Of a DNA stretch of 64,000 bases, positions 1 through 8,325 are shown piece after piece. The position numbers and the translations under genes are program-made. Location of the stretch: positions 3,649 through 67,648 of the forward strand of contig CAZMXX010000001.1 of the NCBI GenBank assembly GCA_964570315.1, read 5' to 3'. The notes below the pieces were generated by a model that worked only from the letters and a program-made list of their open reading frames with translations, searched no databases and was not told the origin of the DNA. Position 1 is the first letter of the stretch. Each line of letters opens with the position of its first letter. This DNA is from an uncultured Anaerolineaceae bacterium. GTDB taxonomy: Bacteria > Chloroflexota > Anaerolineae > 4572-78.

Positions 1-1125
1 ACGATTGCCGTTTCCACGGTGGTCATCGCCTGCCCCGACGCGCTGGCGCTGGCAACCCCCGCCGCCATCACCACCGGCATGGGGCTGGGCGCGCGCAATG
101 GCGTGCTCATCAAAGATGCGCCCTCGCTGGAAAGTGTCGCCACGCTGGACACTATTGTGCTGGACAAAACCGGCACGCTCACCGAAGGGAAACCCTCCGT
201 CACCGACATCATCACCACGTCGAACATAACGGAAGACACTCTGCTGGCACGGGTCGCGGCGTTGGAAGCAGACTCGGAGCATCCGCTGGCACGGGCGATT
301 GTGGACTCCGCCGTTGAACGCGGGTTGAACGTCTCTGAAAATATCACCGGCTTTGAAACGATACCCGGTCACGGGGCGCTGGCGATGGTTGGCGGCAGCC
401 GGTTGGCTATCGGCAACGATAAAATGATGGTAAAAGAAGGTTTGACGGTGGACGACGTGCAGACGGACGTGCAACGGCTGTCATCGCAGGGGAAAACGGT
501 CACCTTTGTGGCAATAGATGGCAAACTGGCGGGCTTAATTGCGCTGGCAGACAAACCGAAAGCCTCCGCTGCCGAAGCCATCGAAGAGTTGCACAAACTG
601 GGGCTGGAAGTGGCGATGCTCACCGGTGACGCCCGTAAAACCGCCGAAGCTGTCGCCGCGCAGTTGGGCATTGACACCGTGATTGCGGACGTGCTACCCG
701 ACCAGAAAGCGGCGAAAGTTGCCGCCTTGCAAGGCGAAAAGAAAAAAGTGGCAATGGTCGGCGACGGGGTGAACGATGCGCCCGCGCTGGCAACCGCCGA
801 TGTCGGCATCGCCATCGGCGCGGGGACGGATGTCGCCATTGACACCGCCGATGTGGTGCTGATGCGCAGCGATCCCTTCGATATTGTGAAGGCAATTGTA
901 CTTGCCCGGAAGGTTCGTGGTAAAATAAAACAGAATCTGTTCTGGGCGGCAATCTACAACGTCATTTCCATCCCCATTGCCGCCGGGGTGCTGTATACTT
1001 CCTTCGGCATTCTGTTGCGCCCCGAATGGGCGGCGCTGGCGATGGCAGCCAGCACCATCACCGTGACCTTGAATGCACTGGTGTTGAATTTGGCAGGATT
1101 GCCCAAACCCAAATCAGCGGCGTAG
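1..1125 (+). CDS. P1B-type heavy-metal-translocating ATPase, C-terminal part (5' end lies upstream of the window)
   Basis: Frame 1 is open from base 1. It carries the DKTGTLT phosphorylation motif, the GDGVNDAPALA hinge, TM6 IACPDALALATP (CPD instead of CPC/CPH/SPC), and downstream TM motifs YN and MAAST. Confidence 0.9.
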   Translation, partial: TIAVSTVVIACPDALALATPAAITTGMGLGARNGVLIKDAPSLESVATLDTIVLDKTGTLTEGKPSVTDIITTSNITEDTLLARVAALEADSEHPLARAIVDSAVERGLNVSENITGFETIPGHGALAMVGGSRLAIGNDKMMVKEGLTVDDVQTDVQRLSSQGKTVTFVAIDGKLAGLIALADKPKASAAEAIEELHKLGLEVAMLTGDARKTAEAVAAQLGIDTVIADVLPDQKAAKVAALQGEKKKVAMVGDGVNDAPALATADVGIAIGAGTDVAIDTADVVLMRSDPFDIVKAIVLARKVRGKIKQNLFWAAIYNVISIPIAAGVLYTSFGILLRPEWAALAMAASTITVTLNALVLNLAGLPKPKSAA

Positions 1126-1145
1126 ATAATACCCCCTCTCCCTAT

Positions 1146-1168
1146 CCCTCTCCCCCGTGGGGAGAGGG
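1146..1168 (+). terminator. GC-rich hairpin after the ATPase stop (no clear T-tract)
   Basis: ccctctcccc / ggggagaggg form a 9-10 bp perfect stem with a 3-5 nt loop, 21 nt after the TAG at 1123-1125. Confidence 0.4.
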
Positions 1169-1208
1169 GATTAAAAGGGGGAAAATACATTTAACTCAGG
1201 ATTGATTT

Positions 1209-1877
1209 ATGGCAAAAAAAATCCGGGTAGTTTTGGCAGATGACCATGCGGTGGTGCGCAAGGGCATCCGAGAATTTTTGGAAGACGAAGACGATATCGA
1301 AGTGGTGGCAGAAGCCGAAAACGGTGCGCAGGCGGTCGCATTGGCAGAGACACATCACCCCGATGTGCTGGTGCTGGACATTCAAATGCCGGAAATGACG
1401 GGCATTGAAGCCGCGCGGCAAATCAAAGCCGTTGACCCGCGCGCGCATATTCTGGTACTCACCGCGTATGACGACGACCCCTACATTTTTGCGATGTTGC
1501 AGGCGGGCGCGAACGGCTATGTGCTGAAAAACGCGCCGTCCGATGAGCTGGTGCGGGCGGTGCGAGCGGTTTCCCGCGGGGAATCTGCACTCGACCCCGC
1601 CGTCACCGCCAAAGTGATGAGCCAGATTGCCACCGGCAAACCAGCGGGCGCGCAGGAGGTCATCGAAAGTTTGACCCCACGCGAACTGGACGTGTTGCGA
1701 TTGGCGGCAAAAGGGCTGACCAACCGCGCCATCGGACAGAATCTCGGCATTAGCAACCGCACCGTGCAGGGGCATCTGGCGAATATTTTCGGCAAACTGA
1801 ATGTGACCACCCGCACCGAAGCGGTTCTGCTGGCAATGAAACAAGGCTGGCTCACTCTGGATGAGGCGGTTGATTAG
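1209..1877 (+). CDS. NarL/FixJ (LuxR)-family response regulator
   Basis: REC domain (VVLADDH, LVLDIQMPEMTG, LTAYDD) plus a C-terminal LuxR HTH (LTPRELDVLRLAAKGLTNRAIGQNLGISNRTVQGHLANIFGKL). Confidence 0.92.
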   Translation: MAKKIRVVLADDHAVVRKGIREFLEDEDDIEVVAEAENGAQAVALAETHHPDVLVLDIQMPEMTGIEAARQIKAVDPRAHILVLTAYDDDPYIFAMLQAGANGYVLKNAPSDELVRAVRAVSRGESALDPAVTAKVMSQIATGKPAGAQEVIESLTPRELDVLRLAAKGLTNRAIGQNLGISNRTVQGHLANIFGKLNVTTRTEAVLLAMKQGWLTLDEAVD

Positions 1878-1880
1878 CCG

Positions 1881-3614
1881 ATGCGTTTTGGCAGTGTGCG
1901 CGGATTGCGGGTTCAACTTTTACTGTGGACGGTGTTGCCACTGACATTTATGTTGGTGGCAATCGCTGTATGGGGCATCAATATCCACGAAGCCGCCATG
2001 CGTGAATTGGTGGCGAAGATGGACGCTCGCGCCGCCCGGCTGGCAGCGGGACACCTGAGCGACCAACTCTCGAATCGGCTGGTGGTGCTGGATTCGCTGA
2101 TTGACGGCGCGACCTCCGCCAGTGACGGCACGCTCGATGCGCTGTTTGATGGCGGCATCGCCTTTTTTGCCGCCGATGGCTCTCTGAAAGAAGCCTTCCC
2201 GTCAACCGAAAACTGGGATGTCCGCCCCGTCAACAAAATGCAAGCCGGACAATCCGTGCTGTCAATGTCCCACGCCCGACAAGCCCTCTATTCCCCCCTA
2301 TTCATCGACCCCGCTTCCGGCAACGAAATGCTACTGGTGGGTTTGGCAGAAGAGGACGGGCAAATGGTGATGGGCGCGGTATCGCTGGCTCGGTTGGGTG
2401 AACCGGGGGTGCTGCAATTGACCAATACGCCCTCGGAAATCCCCCGAAATAATGGCTCGCAGTCGCTCAATGTGCTGATTTCATTTCTGGTTGACCCGCA
2501 GGGAACGGTCATCTATCACCCCGACCCCACCCAAATCGGGCTGGATTACCGTCCGCATGAAGGTGTTATCGCCGTGACACAGGGGCTTTCCGGTGCAACC
2601 TTCCACCGCGAGGAAAACGGGCAGGAAATGGTTGCCGGATACGCGCCCGTGGCGGGTCCCGGTTGGGGCTTGGTGGTGCAGGAGCCGTGGGAAACGCTGA
2701 TTGCCCCCAATTTGCGGCTTTCTCTGCTCACCCCTTTGGTGGTGGTGGTTGCCGCACTCATTTCCGGCGCAGCCGTGACCTTTGGATTGCGCAACATCGT
2801 TTATCCCCTGCAAGCGTTAGACAAACAAGCCACCGCCGTCGCCTGGGGCGATTTTTCAGCAGTGGATCAACCCGTGGGCGGCGTGCAGGAAATTGATGAC
2901 CTGCGCCGTACGCTCGAAGGGATGACCCGGCAGATTCAACGCTACCAAACCGGCATGCGCGATTACATCGCCGCCGTAACCGCCGCGCAGGAAGACGAGC
3001 GTCGCCGTTTGGCGCGGGAATTGCACGATGAAACGATTCAATCGCTGATTGCGTTGGGGCATCGGGTGGAAATGGCGCAAAAAGCGCTCGACAAAAACCC
3101 GGAACGGGCGCGGGAACGGCTGGAACAACTGCGAGCGATGGTGCTGGACACACAAACCGAGTTGCGCCGTTTTGTCCGCGCGTTGCGCCCGCTGTATCTG
3201 GAAGATTTGGGGCTGGTCACCGCGCTGGAAATGCTGGCGAAAGAAGTTTCGGCGGCGAGCGGGCTGGATGTGACCGTGCGGATTCAGGAAGCGCCGCGCC
3301 GCCTGCCCGCCGACATTGAATTGACGGCGTATCGCATCGCGCAAGAGGGATTGAGCAATGTGGTGCGGCACGCACAGGCGCAATCGGCGGTGCTGACCGT
3401 CACCTTCGCCCAAAAAGGGGTGCATCTGTGGCTGAAAGATGACGGCATCGGTTTTGACCCGCCCGTCAACCCCGCCGATATGGCAAATGAAGGACACTTC
3501 GGGCTGATGGGCATCCATGAACGCGCGTTGCTCTTCGGTGGCTGGCTCACCATTCATGCCCAACCGGGCGAAGGTTCGGAATTGGAAATTTTTCTCCCCG
3601 CAGCAAAGGAATGA
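1881..3614 (+). CDS. Sensor histidine kinase, HisKA_3 (NarX/DegS-type) family, with a large extracytoplasmic sensor domain
   Basis: Layout: N-terminal TM, about 270-aa loop, second TM, HAMP-like linker, H-box ARELHDETIQSL, then HATPase_c (NVVRHA, DDGIGF, GLMGIHERA). Starts 3 nt after the preceding regulator. Confidence 0.9.
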   Translation: MRFGSVRGLRVQLLLWTVLPLTFMLVAIAVWGINIHEAAMRELVAKMDARAARLAAGHLSDQLSNRLVVLDSLIDGATSASDGTLDALFDGGIAFFAADGSLKEAFPSTENWDVRPVNKMQAGQSVLSMSHARQALYSPLFIDPASGNEMLLVGLAEEDGQMVMGAVSLARLGEPGVLQLTNTPSEIPRNNGSQSLNVLISFLVDPQGTVIYHPDPTQIGLDYRPHEGVIAVTQGLSGATFHREENGQEMVAGYAPVAGPGWGLVVQEPWETLIAPNLRLSLLTPLVVVVAALISGAAVTFGLRNIVYPLQALDKQATAVAWGDFSAVDQPVGGVQEIDDLRRTLEGMTRQIQRYQTGMRDYIAAVTAAQEDERRRLARELHDETIQSLIALGHRVEMAQKALDKNPERARERLEQLRAMVLDTQTELRRFVRALRPLYLEDLGLVTALEMLAKEVSAASGLDVTVRIQEAPRRLPADIELTAYRIAQEGLSNVVRHAQAQSAVLTVTFAQKGVHLWLKDDGIGFDPPVNPADMANEGHFGLMGIHERALLFGGWLTIHAQPGEGSELEIFLPAAKE

Positions 3615-3620
3615 TTCCCT

Positions 3621-4310
3621 ATGACCACGATTTTGATTGTTGATGACGAAGAAAACATCCGCAATTTGGTATCGGCGTATTTGCGCGCCGAAGGCTACAC
3701 CGTCCACGCGGCGGAAGATGGACCCGGCGCACTGAAAGCCGCGCGCGCCTTCAAGCCCAAGCTGATTGTGCTGGATGTGATGCTCCCCGGCATGGACGGG
3801 CTGGAAGTTTTGCAGACCTTGCGCCGCGAATCGGACGTGTATGTCATCCTGCTCACCGCCAAATCGGAAGAGACCGACAAAATCATCGGGTTGTCGGTGG
3901 GCGCGGACGACTATTTGACCAAACCCTTCAGCCCCCGTGAGCTGGTGGCGCGCATCAAAGCCGCCTTGCGCCGCTACGGGCACACATCATCCCCCGAAAA
4001 TGCCGTACTGGTTTTTGAACACATTCGCATTGACGGCGACGCTCGCCGGGTGTGGGTGGACGATGAAGAAATCGCCCTGACCGCCATCGAATTCGACCTG
4101 CTGTATGCGTTGGCACGCCGCCACGGACGGGCGCTCAGCCGTGAGCAGTTGCTGCAAGACGTGTGGGGTTACGATTTCTATGGCGAAGACCGCGTGGTTG
4201 ATGTGCATTTGGGGCGCATCCGCAAAAAAATTGAACCCGACCCCACTCACCCCCGGCTGATTGTCACCGTGCGCGGGGTGGGCTACCGATTTGAGGATAC
4301 GCCCCAATGA
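3621..4310 (+). CDS. OmpR/PhoB-family response regulator
   Basis: REC (ILIVDDEE, IVLDVMLPGMDG, LTAKSEE, KPF) plus a winged-helix Trans_reg_C (LTAIEFDLLYAL, VDVHLGRIRKKI, TVRGVGYRF). Confidence 0.93.
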   Translation: MTTILIVDDEENIRNLVSAYLRAEGYTVHAAEDGPGALKAARAFKPKLIVLDVMLPGMDGLEVLQTLRRESDVYVILLTAKSEETDKIIGLSVGADDYLTKPFSPRELVARIKAALRRYGHTSSPENAVLVFEHIRIDGDARRVWVDDEEIALTAIEFDLLYALARRHGRALSREQLLQDVWGYDFYGEDRVVDVHLGRIRKKIEPDPTHPRLIVTVRGVGYRFEDTPQ

Positions 4311-5464
4311 GAGCGAAACTCGGACAATGGCAATTGAAATTATGGCACTCGCGTTTGGGTTGGAAGTTGATGGCTTCCTACCTGATTGTGATTTTGGTGG
4401 GCGTGCTCACCCTCGCGATGGCGGCGGAATCGGTGGTTCCGAGCACGTTTGACCGCCATATGGTTGATATGTCGCAAATGATGATGGGCGGACAGATGAT
4501 GGGTGACGATTTGAGCCAGATGGAAATTGACCTTTTCACCAGTTATCGCGCCGCCTTCACCGAAGCGCTCACCCTCGCGGCAACCGCCGCGCTCATCAGT
4601 GCCATCATCGTCAGTTTTTTGGTGTCACAGCGAGTGATCACGCCCGTGCAACGGCTGATGCTCGCCAGCCGGCGCATCGCCGCCGGACATTATGATGACC
4701 GGGTGGACGCGGTGGGTGACGATGAACTGGGGGAATTGGGGCGCAGTTTCAACCAGATGGCGGAAGCATTAAACCGCACCGAAGTGATGCGCCGCGATTT
4801 GATAGCCAATGTCACCCATGAATTGCGCACGCCGCTCACCAGCATCAAAGGGTATATGGAAGGGTTGATTGACGGCGTGCTGCCCGCGAATCCGGACACA
4901 TTCCAGCAAATATACCGGGAAGCTGACCGTCTGCAACGGCTGGTGAACGATTTGCAGGAACTCAGCCGGGTGGAAGCCAACGCCGTCGAATTGCATCGCC
5001 AGCCCCTCGACCCCGAAAAACTCATCCGCCAAACCGCCGACCGGCTATTGCCGCAATTTGAAGGCAAACACGTCACCCTTTCGCTCGATATTCCCCCTGC
5101 CCTGCCGCGCATCTGGGCGGATGAAGACCGCATGAGCCAAATATTAGTCAATCTGATGGGCAACGCGCTGCAATACACCCCCACGGACGGGCGTGTCACC
5201 GTATCCGCCGCGAAAACGGACAATATGGTGACCATCTCCATCACCGATACCGGCATCGGCATCCCCGTTGAGCATCTGGCGCACCTGTTCACCCGCTTCT
5301 ACCGCGTGGACAAATCGCGCAGTCGCGCCGGTGGCGGCAGCGGCATCGGATTAACCATCGCCCGCCATCTGGTGGAGGCACACGGCGGTGAAATTCGGGC
5401 GCACAGCGACGGCACCGGCAAAGGGAGTACCTTCCGGTTCACCATCCCCGTCTATCACGATTGA
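4307..5464 (+). CDS. Sensor histidine kinase (HAMP-HisKA-HATPase_c, BaeS/PhoR-like)
   Basis: ATGA start/stop overlap with the OmpR-type regulator. Two TM segments, HAMP, H-box VTHELRTPLTSIKGY, N-box NLMGNALQYT, G-boxes DTGIGI and GGSGIGLTIA. Confidence 0.92.
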   Translation: MRAKLGQWQLKLWHSRLGWKLMASYLIVILVGVLTLAMAAESVVPSTFDRHMVDMSQMMMGGQMMGDDLSQMEIDLFTSYRAAFTEALTLAATAALISAIIVSFLVSQRVITPVQRLMLASRRIAAGHYDDRVDAVGDDELGELGRSFNQMAEALNRTEVMRRDLIANVTHELRTPLTSIKGYMEGLIDGVLPANPDTFQQIYREADRLQRLVNDLQELSRVEANAVELHRQPLDPEKLIRQTADRLLPQFEGKHVTLSLDIPPALPRIWADEDRMSQILVNLMGNALQYTPTDGRVTVSAAKTDNMVTISITDTGIGIPVEHLAHLFTRFYRVDKSRSRAGGGSGIGLTIARHLVEAHGGEIRAHSDGTGKGSTFRFTIPVYHD

Positions 5465-5495
5465 ATCTCCTGCCACAACATGAAAGGAAGGTCTG

Positions 5496-6683
5496 ATGTC
5501 GATTTGGTCTGAACAGCCACTCCAAGTTCGGGTGCGCCAATTGCGCTTTGTCCTGCCGCCGGTGCTGATATTGCTGGTTGTCGGGTATCAATTGGGATTT
5601 GCACGCCTGGTGGAAGCAATTTACGGGCACGCCGGACATTACGGGGTTGAAATCGGATTTTATAGCCTGATTGGTCCACTGGTCACTTGGTTGACTCTGG
5701 TTTGGATGGAACGCCAGCTCACGGAAAAAGAAATCCTCGAATCGAGCGTCCATGCCCACGAACAATTGCTGGCAAAACTCACCGCTTTTTCCGCCGACGC
5801 CATCATCAGTCTGGATGAAAACAACACCATCACCAGTTGGAACCGCGGCGCGGAATACATGTTCGGATACACCGCATCTGAAATCCTGCAACAACCTTTG
5901 CGGAAAATCCTGCCAGAATTGCCCGCGGCAACAGACACCGAAACCACCGTCATCACCGCCGAGGGGCGGCGCATCCCCGTCAGTTTCACCCAAACGCAAA
6001 TTGCGACGGCGGCAGACGAGCCGCCCATCACCTCGCTGATTCTGCGGGACATCACCGCCCAACGGGAACGCGCCGCCATCATTGAGGAAGAACGGGCGCG
6101 CATCGCCCGCGATTTGCACGATGGCGTCGCGCAGACGCTCTATTTTCTGGCGCTCAACGCCGATATGGCGTCCCAGCAACTTTCATCCAACCCAGACAGC
6201 GTGGCGAACGCGCTGCGGGACATCGGACAAAAAGCCCGCGCCGCCATTCAGGATGTTCGTCGCACCATTTTTTCCCTGCGTCCGCTGGACTGGACGACCG
6301 GTGGATTCTTGCCCGCCATGAAACGATTCGTCCATGAATTCGCCGAACAAGCCGGGTGGCGCATCACTATTGACCTGCCGGAAACGCTCACCATTCCCCC
6401 TCGGCTGGAGCCGACCATCTTTCGGCTCATACAGGAATCGCTGAACAATGTTGCCAAACACGCCAAAGCCTCGCGGGTGCGCATCACTATCCAACCCGAT
6501 GCGCCCGCATCAATCCTGCGGCTGACCATCACCGATGACGGCATCGGATTTTCCGCGCCGACATCCAATGGCGGATTGGGCATCCAACAGATGAAACAGC
6601 GCGTGCTAGCGCTCAACGGAGAATTTTCTATTGATAGCCAATTGGGGCAAGGCACAATTGTCTCTGTATCGTTACCCGTATAG
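5496..6683 (+). CDS. PAS-domain sensor histidine kinase, HisKA_3 family
   Basis: Two N-terminal TM segments, PAS-like segment (IISLDENNTITSWNRGAEYMFGY), H-box ARDLHDGVAQTL, and HATPase_c (NNVAKHA, DDGIGF, GLGIQQMKQR). Confidence 0.88.
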   Translation: MSIWSEQPLQVRVRQLRFVLPPVLILLVVGYQLGFARLVEAIYGHAGHYGVEIGFYSLIGPLVTWLTLVWMERQLTEKEILESSVHAHEQLLAKLTAFSADAIISLDENNTITSWNRGAEYMFGYTASEILQQPLRKILPELPAATDTETTVITAEGRRIPVSFTQTQIATAADEPPITSLILRDITAQRERAAIIEEERARIARDLHDGVAQTLYFLALNADMASQQLSSNPDSVANALRDIGQKARAAIQDVRRTIFSLRPLDWTTGGFLPAMKRFVHEFAEQAGWRITIDLPETLTIPPRLEPTIFRLIQESLNNVAKHAKASRVRITIQPDAPASILRLTITDDGIGFSAPTSNGGLGIQQMKQRVLALNGEFSIDSQLGQGTIVSVSLPV

Positions 6684-6692
6684 GAGCAAATT

Positions 6693-7364
6693 ATGTCAAA
6701 AATTATCCGCATATTGCTGGCAGATGACCACAATCTGTTGCGACAGGGTATCGCGCAAATGCTGTCGCTTCAGCCGGATATGACCGTGGTGGCGCAGGCG
6801 CAAAACGGCGTGGAGGCACTGGAACTGGTCGCCGAGCATAAACCCGATGTGGCATTAATGGACATCAACATGCCCGAAATGGATGGCGTTGCGGCAACCA
6901 AAGAAATCACCACCCGTTTCCCGGAAACGCAGGTGCTCATTTTGACGATGTACCGGCGCGATGATTATGTTTTTGACGCCATCAAAGCCGGGGCAAACGG
7001 GTATCTGCTGAAAGAAGTGGGGCTGGATGAACTGCTGGCATCGGTGCGCGCCGTCGCTCGCGGGGAAGCGGTCATCTCGCCCGCCATTGCCGGACGGGTG
7101 CTGCTGGAATTGCGCACCCCGTCGCAGAAAGACGCCCCTGAACCGGAACCCATTCCGGAACGGGACGCGGAAATATTGCAGTTGCTTGCGCAGGGCATGT
7201 CGAATCAAGACATCGCCGACCGTCTCTTTCTCTCGGAAAAAACAATCCGCAACCGGCTGTCACTGATTTTCAAACGGCTGCATCTGAAAAACCGCACCGA
7301 AGCCGCGCTGTACGCCATCAAACGCGGATTCGCCCCGCCGGACGAAGACTCAACCGGCGAATAA
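6693..7364 (+). CDS. NarL/FixJ (LuxR)-family response regulator
   Basis: REC (ILLADDH, ALMDINMPEMDG, LTMYRRDD) plus a LuxR HTH (ERDAEILQLLAQGMSNQDIADRLFLSEKTIRNRLSLIFKRL). Confidence 0.92.
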   Translation: MSKIIRILLADDHNLLRQGIAQMLSLQPDMTVVAQAQNGVEALELVAEHKPDVALMDINMPEMDGVAATKEITTRFPETQVLILTMYRRDDYVFDAIKAGANGYLLKEVGLDELLASVRAVARGEAVISPAIAGRVLLELRTPSQKDAPEPEPIPERDAEILQLLAQGMSNQDIADRLFLSEKTIRNRLSLIFKRLHLKNRTEAALYAIKRGFAPPDEDSTGE

Positions 7365-7369
7365 CCCCC

Positions 7370-7393
7370 ATTTCGGGACAAATGTCCCGAAAT
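7370..7393 (+). terminator. Perfect 10-bp hairpin 6 nt after the regulator stop (no T-tract)
   Basis: atttcgggac-aaat-gtcccgaaat. All 10 pairs are Watson-Crick. It overlaps the TGTCCCGA repeat array. Confidence 0.35.
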
Positions 7394-7422
7394 TGTCCCG
7401 ACAATCAACACAATTGTCCCGA
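7373..7422 (+). promoter_or_regulatory. Array of four copies of the octamer TGTCCCGA (one inverted, three direct): candidate operator
   Basis: tcgggaca at 7373-7380. tgtcccga at 7383-7390, 7394-7401 and 7415-7422. The 11-mer aattgtcccga is exact at 7391-7401 and 7412-7422. The direct copies start 11 and 21 bp apart. A further hairpin ccgattgt/acaatcgg lies at 7419-7439. Confidence 0.5.
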
Positions 7423-7510
7423 TTGTCAGTTACAATCGGCACTATCCACATTGAGTACATTTTGATAAACTGAATGAAAATGATTTATTGCCTGAAGGAG
7501 TTGGTTCCCC

Positions 7511-8233
7511 ATGAAATATCCGAAACTTATTTTATTCGTTGTGATGCTCACAGCCGCACTGATTGTCTCTGCCTGCGGCGGCGCGTCCACAACCACAAAA
7601 AATGATCCCCCCGCCGCCACATCACAGCCGGACACTACTGAAAAAGATTCGCAATCTGCCGTAAACGTCATCGAAACCAATGTAGAAAGCTCGGAAACAG
7701 AAACCGGCGATGAACACAGCGACGGTGACGAACACGCCGCCGAAGCACTACCCGCCGGTGATGCCGAACACAGCGATGGCGACGAACACGCCGCCACAGA
7801 AGCCCCCGCCACCGATGCCGAACACAGCGACGGCGATGAACATGCCGCCGCCGCCACCGAAGGCGAACACAACGACACCGAACACGAACACGAAACGCTA
7901 CCGGACGAATACGCGAGCAAAACCAATCCGTTCGCCAGCGGGGACGCTAATGCCCTTGCCGCCGGGGAACAGGTTTACACCGCCACCTGCGCCAGTTGTC
8001 ACGGTGCGGAAGGCAAAGGGGACGGTCCGGCTGCCGCTGCATTAGACCCGCATCCCGCAGACTTCACCAACGCCGAAATCATGAATGGCATGTCCGACAA
8101 TTATCTGTTCTGGCGAATTAGCGAAGGCGGCATGATGGCTCCGTTTAATTCATCAATGCCAGCGTGGAAACAAGCGCTCACCGAAGAACAACGCTGGCAG
8201 GCGATTTTATATCTGCGTACCTTTACGCAATAA
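7511..8233 (+). CDS. Lipoprotein class I cytochrome c with an N-terminal His/Asp/Glu-rich repeat region
   Basis: AAGGAG RBS 10 nt upstream. Signal peptide plus lipobox (LIVSAC). Single CASCH heme motif with a distal Met region (MMAPFNSSMPAW). Three copies of EHSDGDEHAA. Confidence 0.88.
   Translation: MKYPKLILFVVMLTAALIVSACGGASTTTKNDPPAATSQPDTTEKDSQSAVNVIETNVESSETETGDEHSDGDEHAAEALPAGDAEHSDGDEHAATEAPATDAEHSDGDEHAAAATEGEHNDTEHEHETLPDEYASKTNPFASGDANALAAGEQVYTATCASCHGAEGKGDGPAAAALDPHPADFTNAEIMNGMSDNYLFWRISEGGMMAPFNSSMPAWKQALTEEQRWQAILYLRTFTQ
7709..7894 (+). repeat. In-frame tandem repeat (about 45 bp x 3 plus a degenerate tail) encoding (A/D)EHSDGDEHAA-x-EAPA-x-D units
   Basis: GDEHSDGDEHAAEALPAGDAEHSDGDEHAATEAPATDAEHSDGDEHAAAATEGEHNDTEHEHE, read directly from the translation and the DNA. 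Confidence 0.85.
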
Positions 8234-8260
8234 ACAGTCTCTCCTTAACCTCCTCTCCCC

Positions 8261-8300
8261 GCAAGCCCGACAATGTAACGCTGTCGGGCTTGCATTTTTT
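8261..8300 (+). terminator. Rho-independent terminator
   Basis: 12-bp perfect stem gcaagcccgaca/tgtcgggcttgc, 9-nt loop, then a-tttttt. Confidence 0.88.
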
Positions 8301-8325
8301 AAATCAACAGGCAGAATAATATAGT

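Noticed and set aside
2856-3983. Long minus-strand ORFs overlapping sensor kinase, narG, beta-propeller and other genes (also 35119-36492, 53661-54875, 54951-56243, 50446-51552, 37289-38158, 1191-1916)
   Set aside because: All lie fully inside + strand genes that have strong family motifs. Their translations are compositionally biased and motif-free.
7710-8045. 111-aa alternative-frame + ORF (Pro/Thr/Asn-rich) inside the cytochrome c gene
   Set aside because: It is a frame-shifted reading of the 45-bp tandem repeat. The annotated frame has a lipobox, a heme motif and an RBS.
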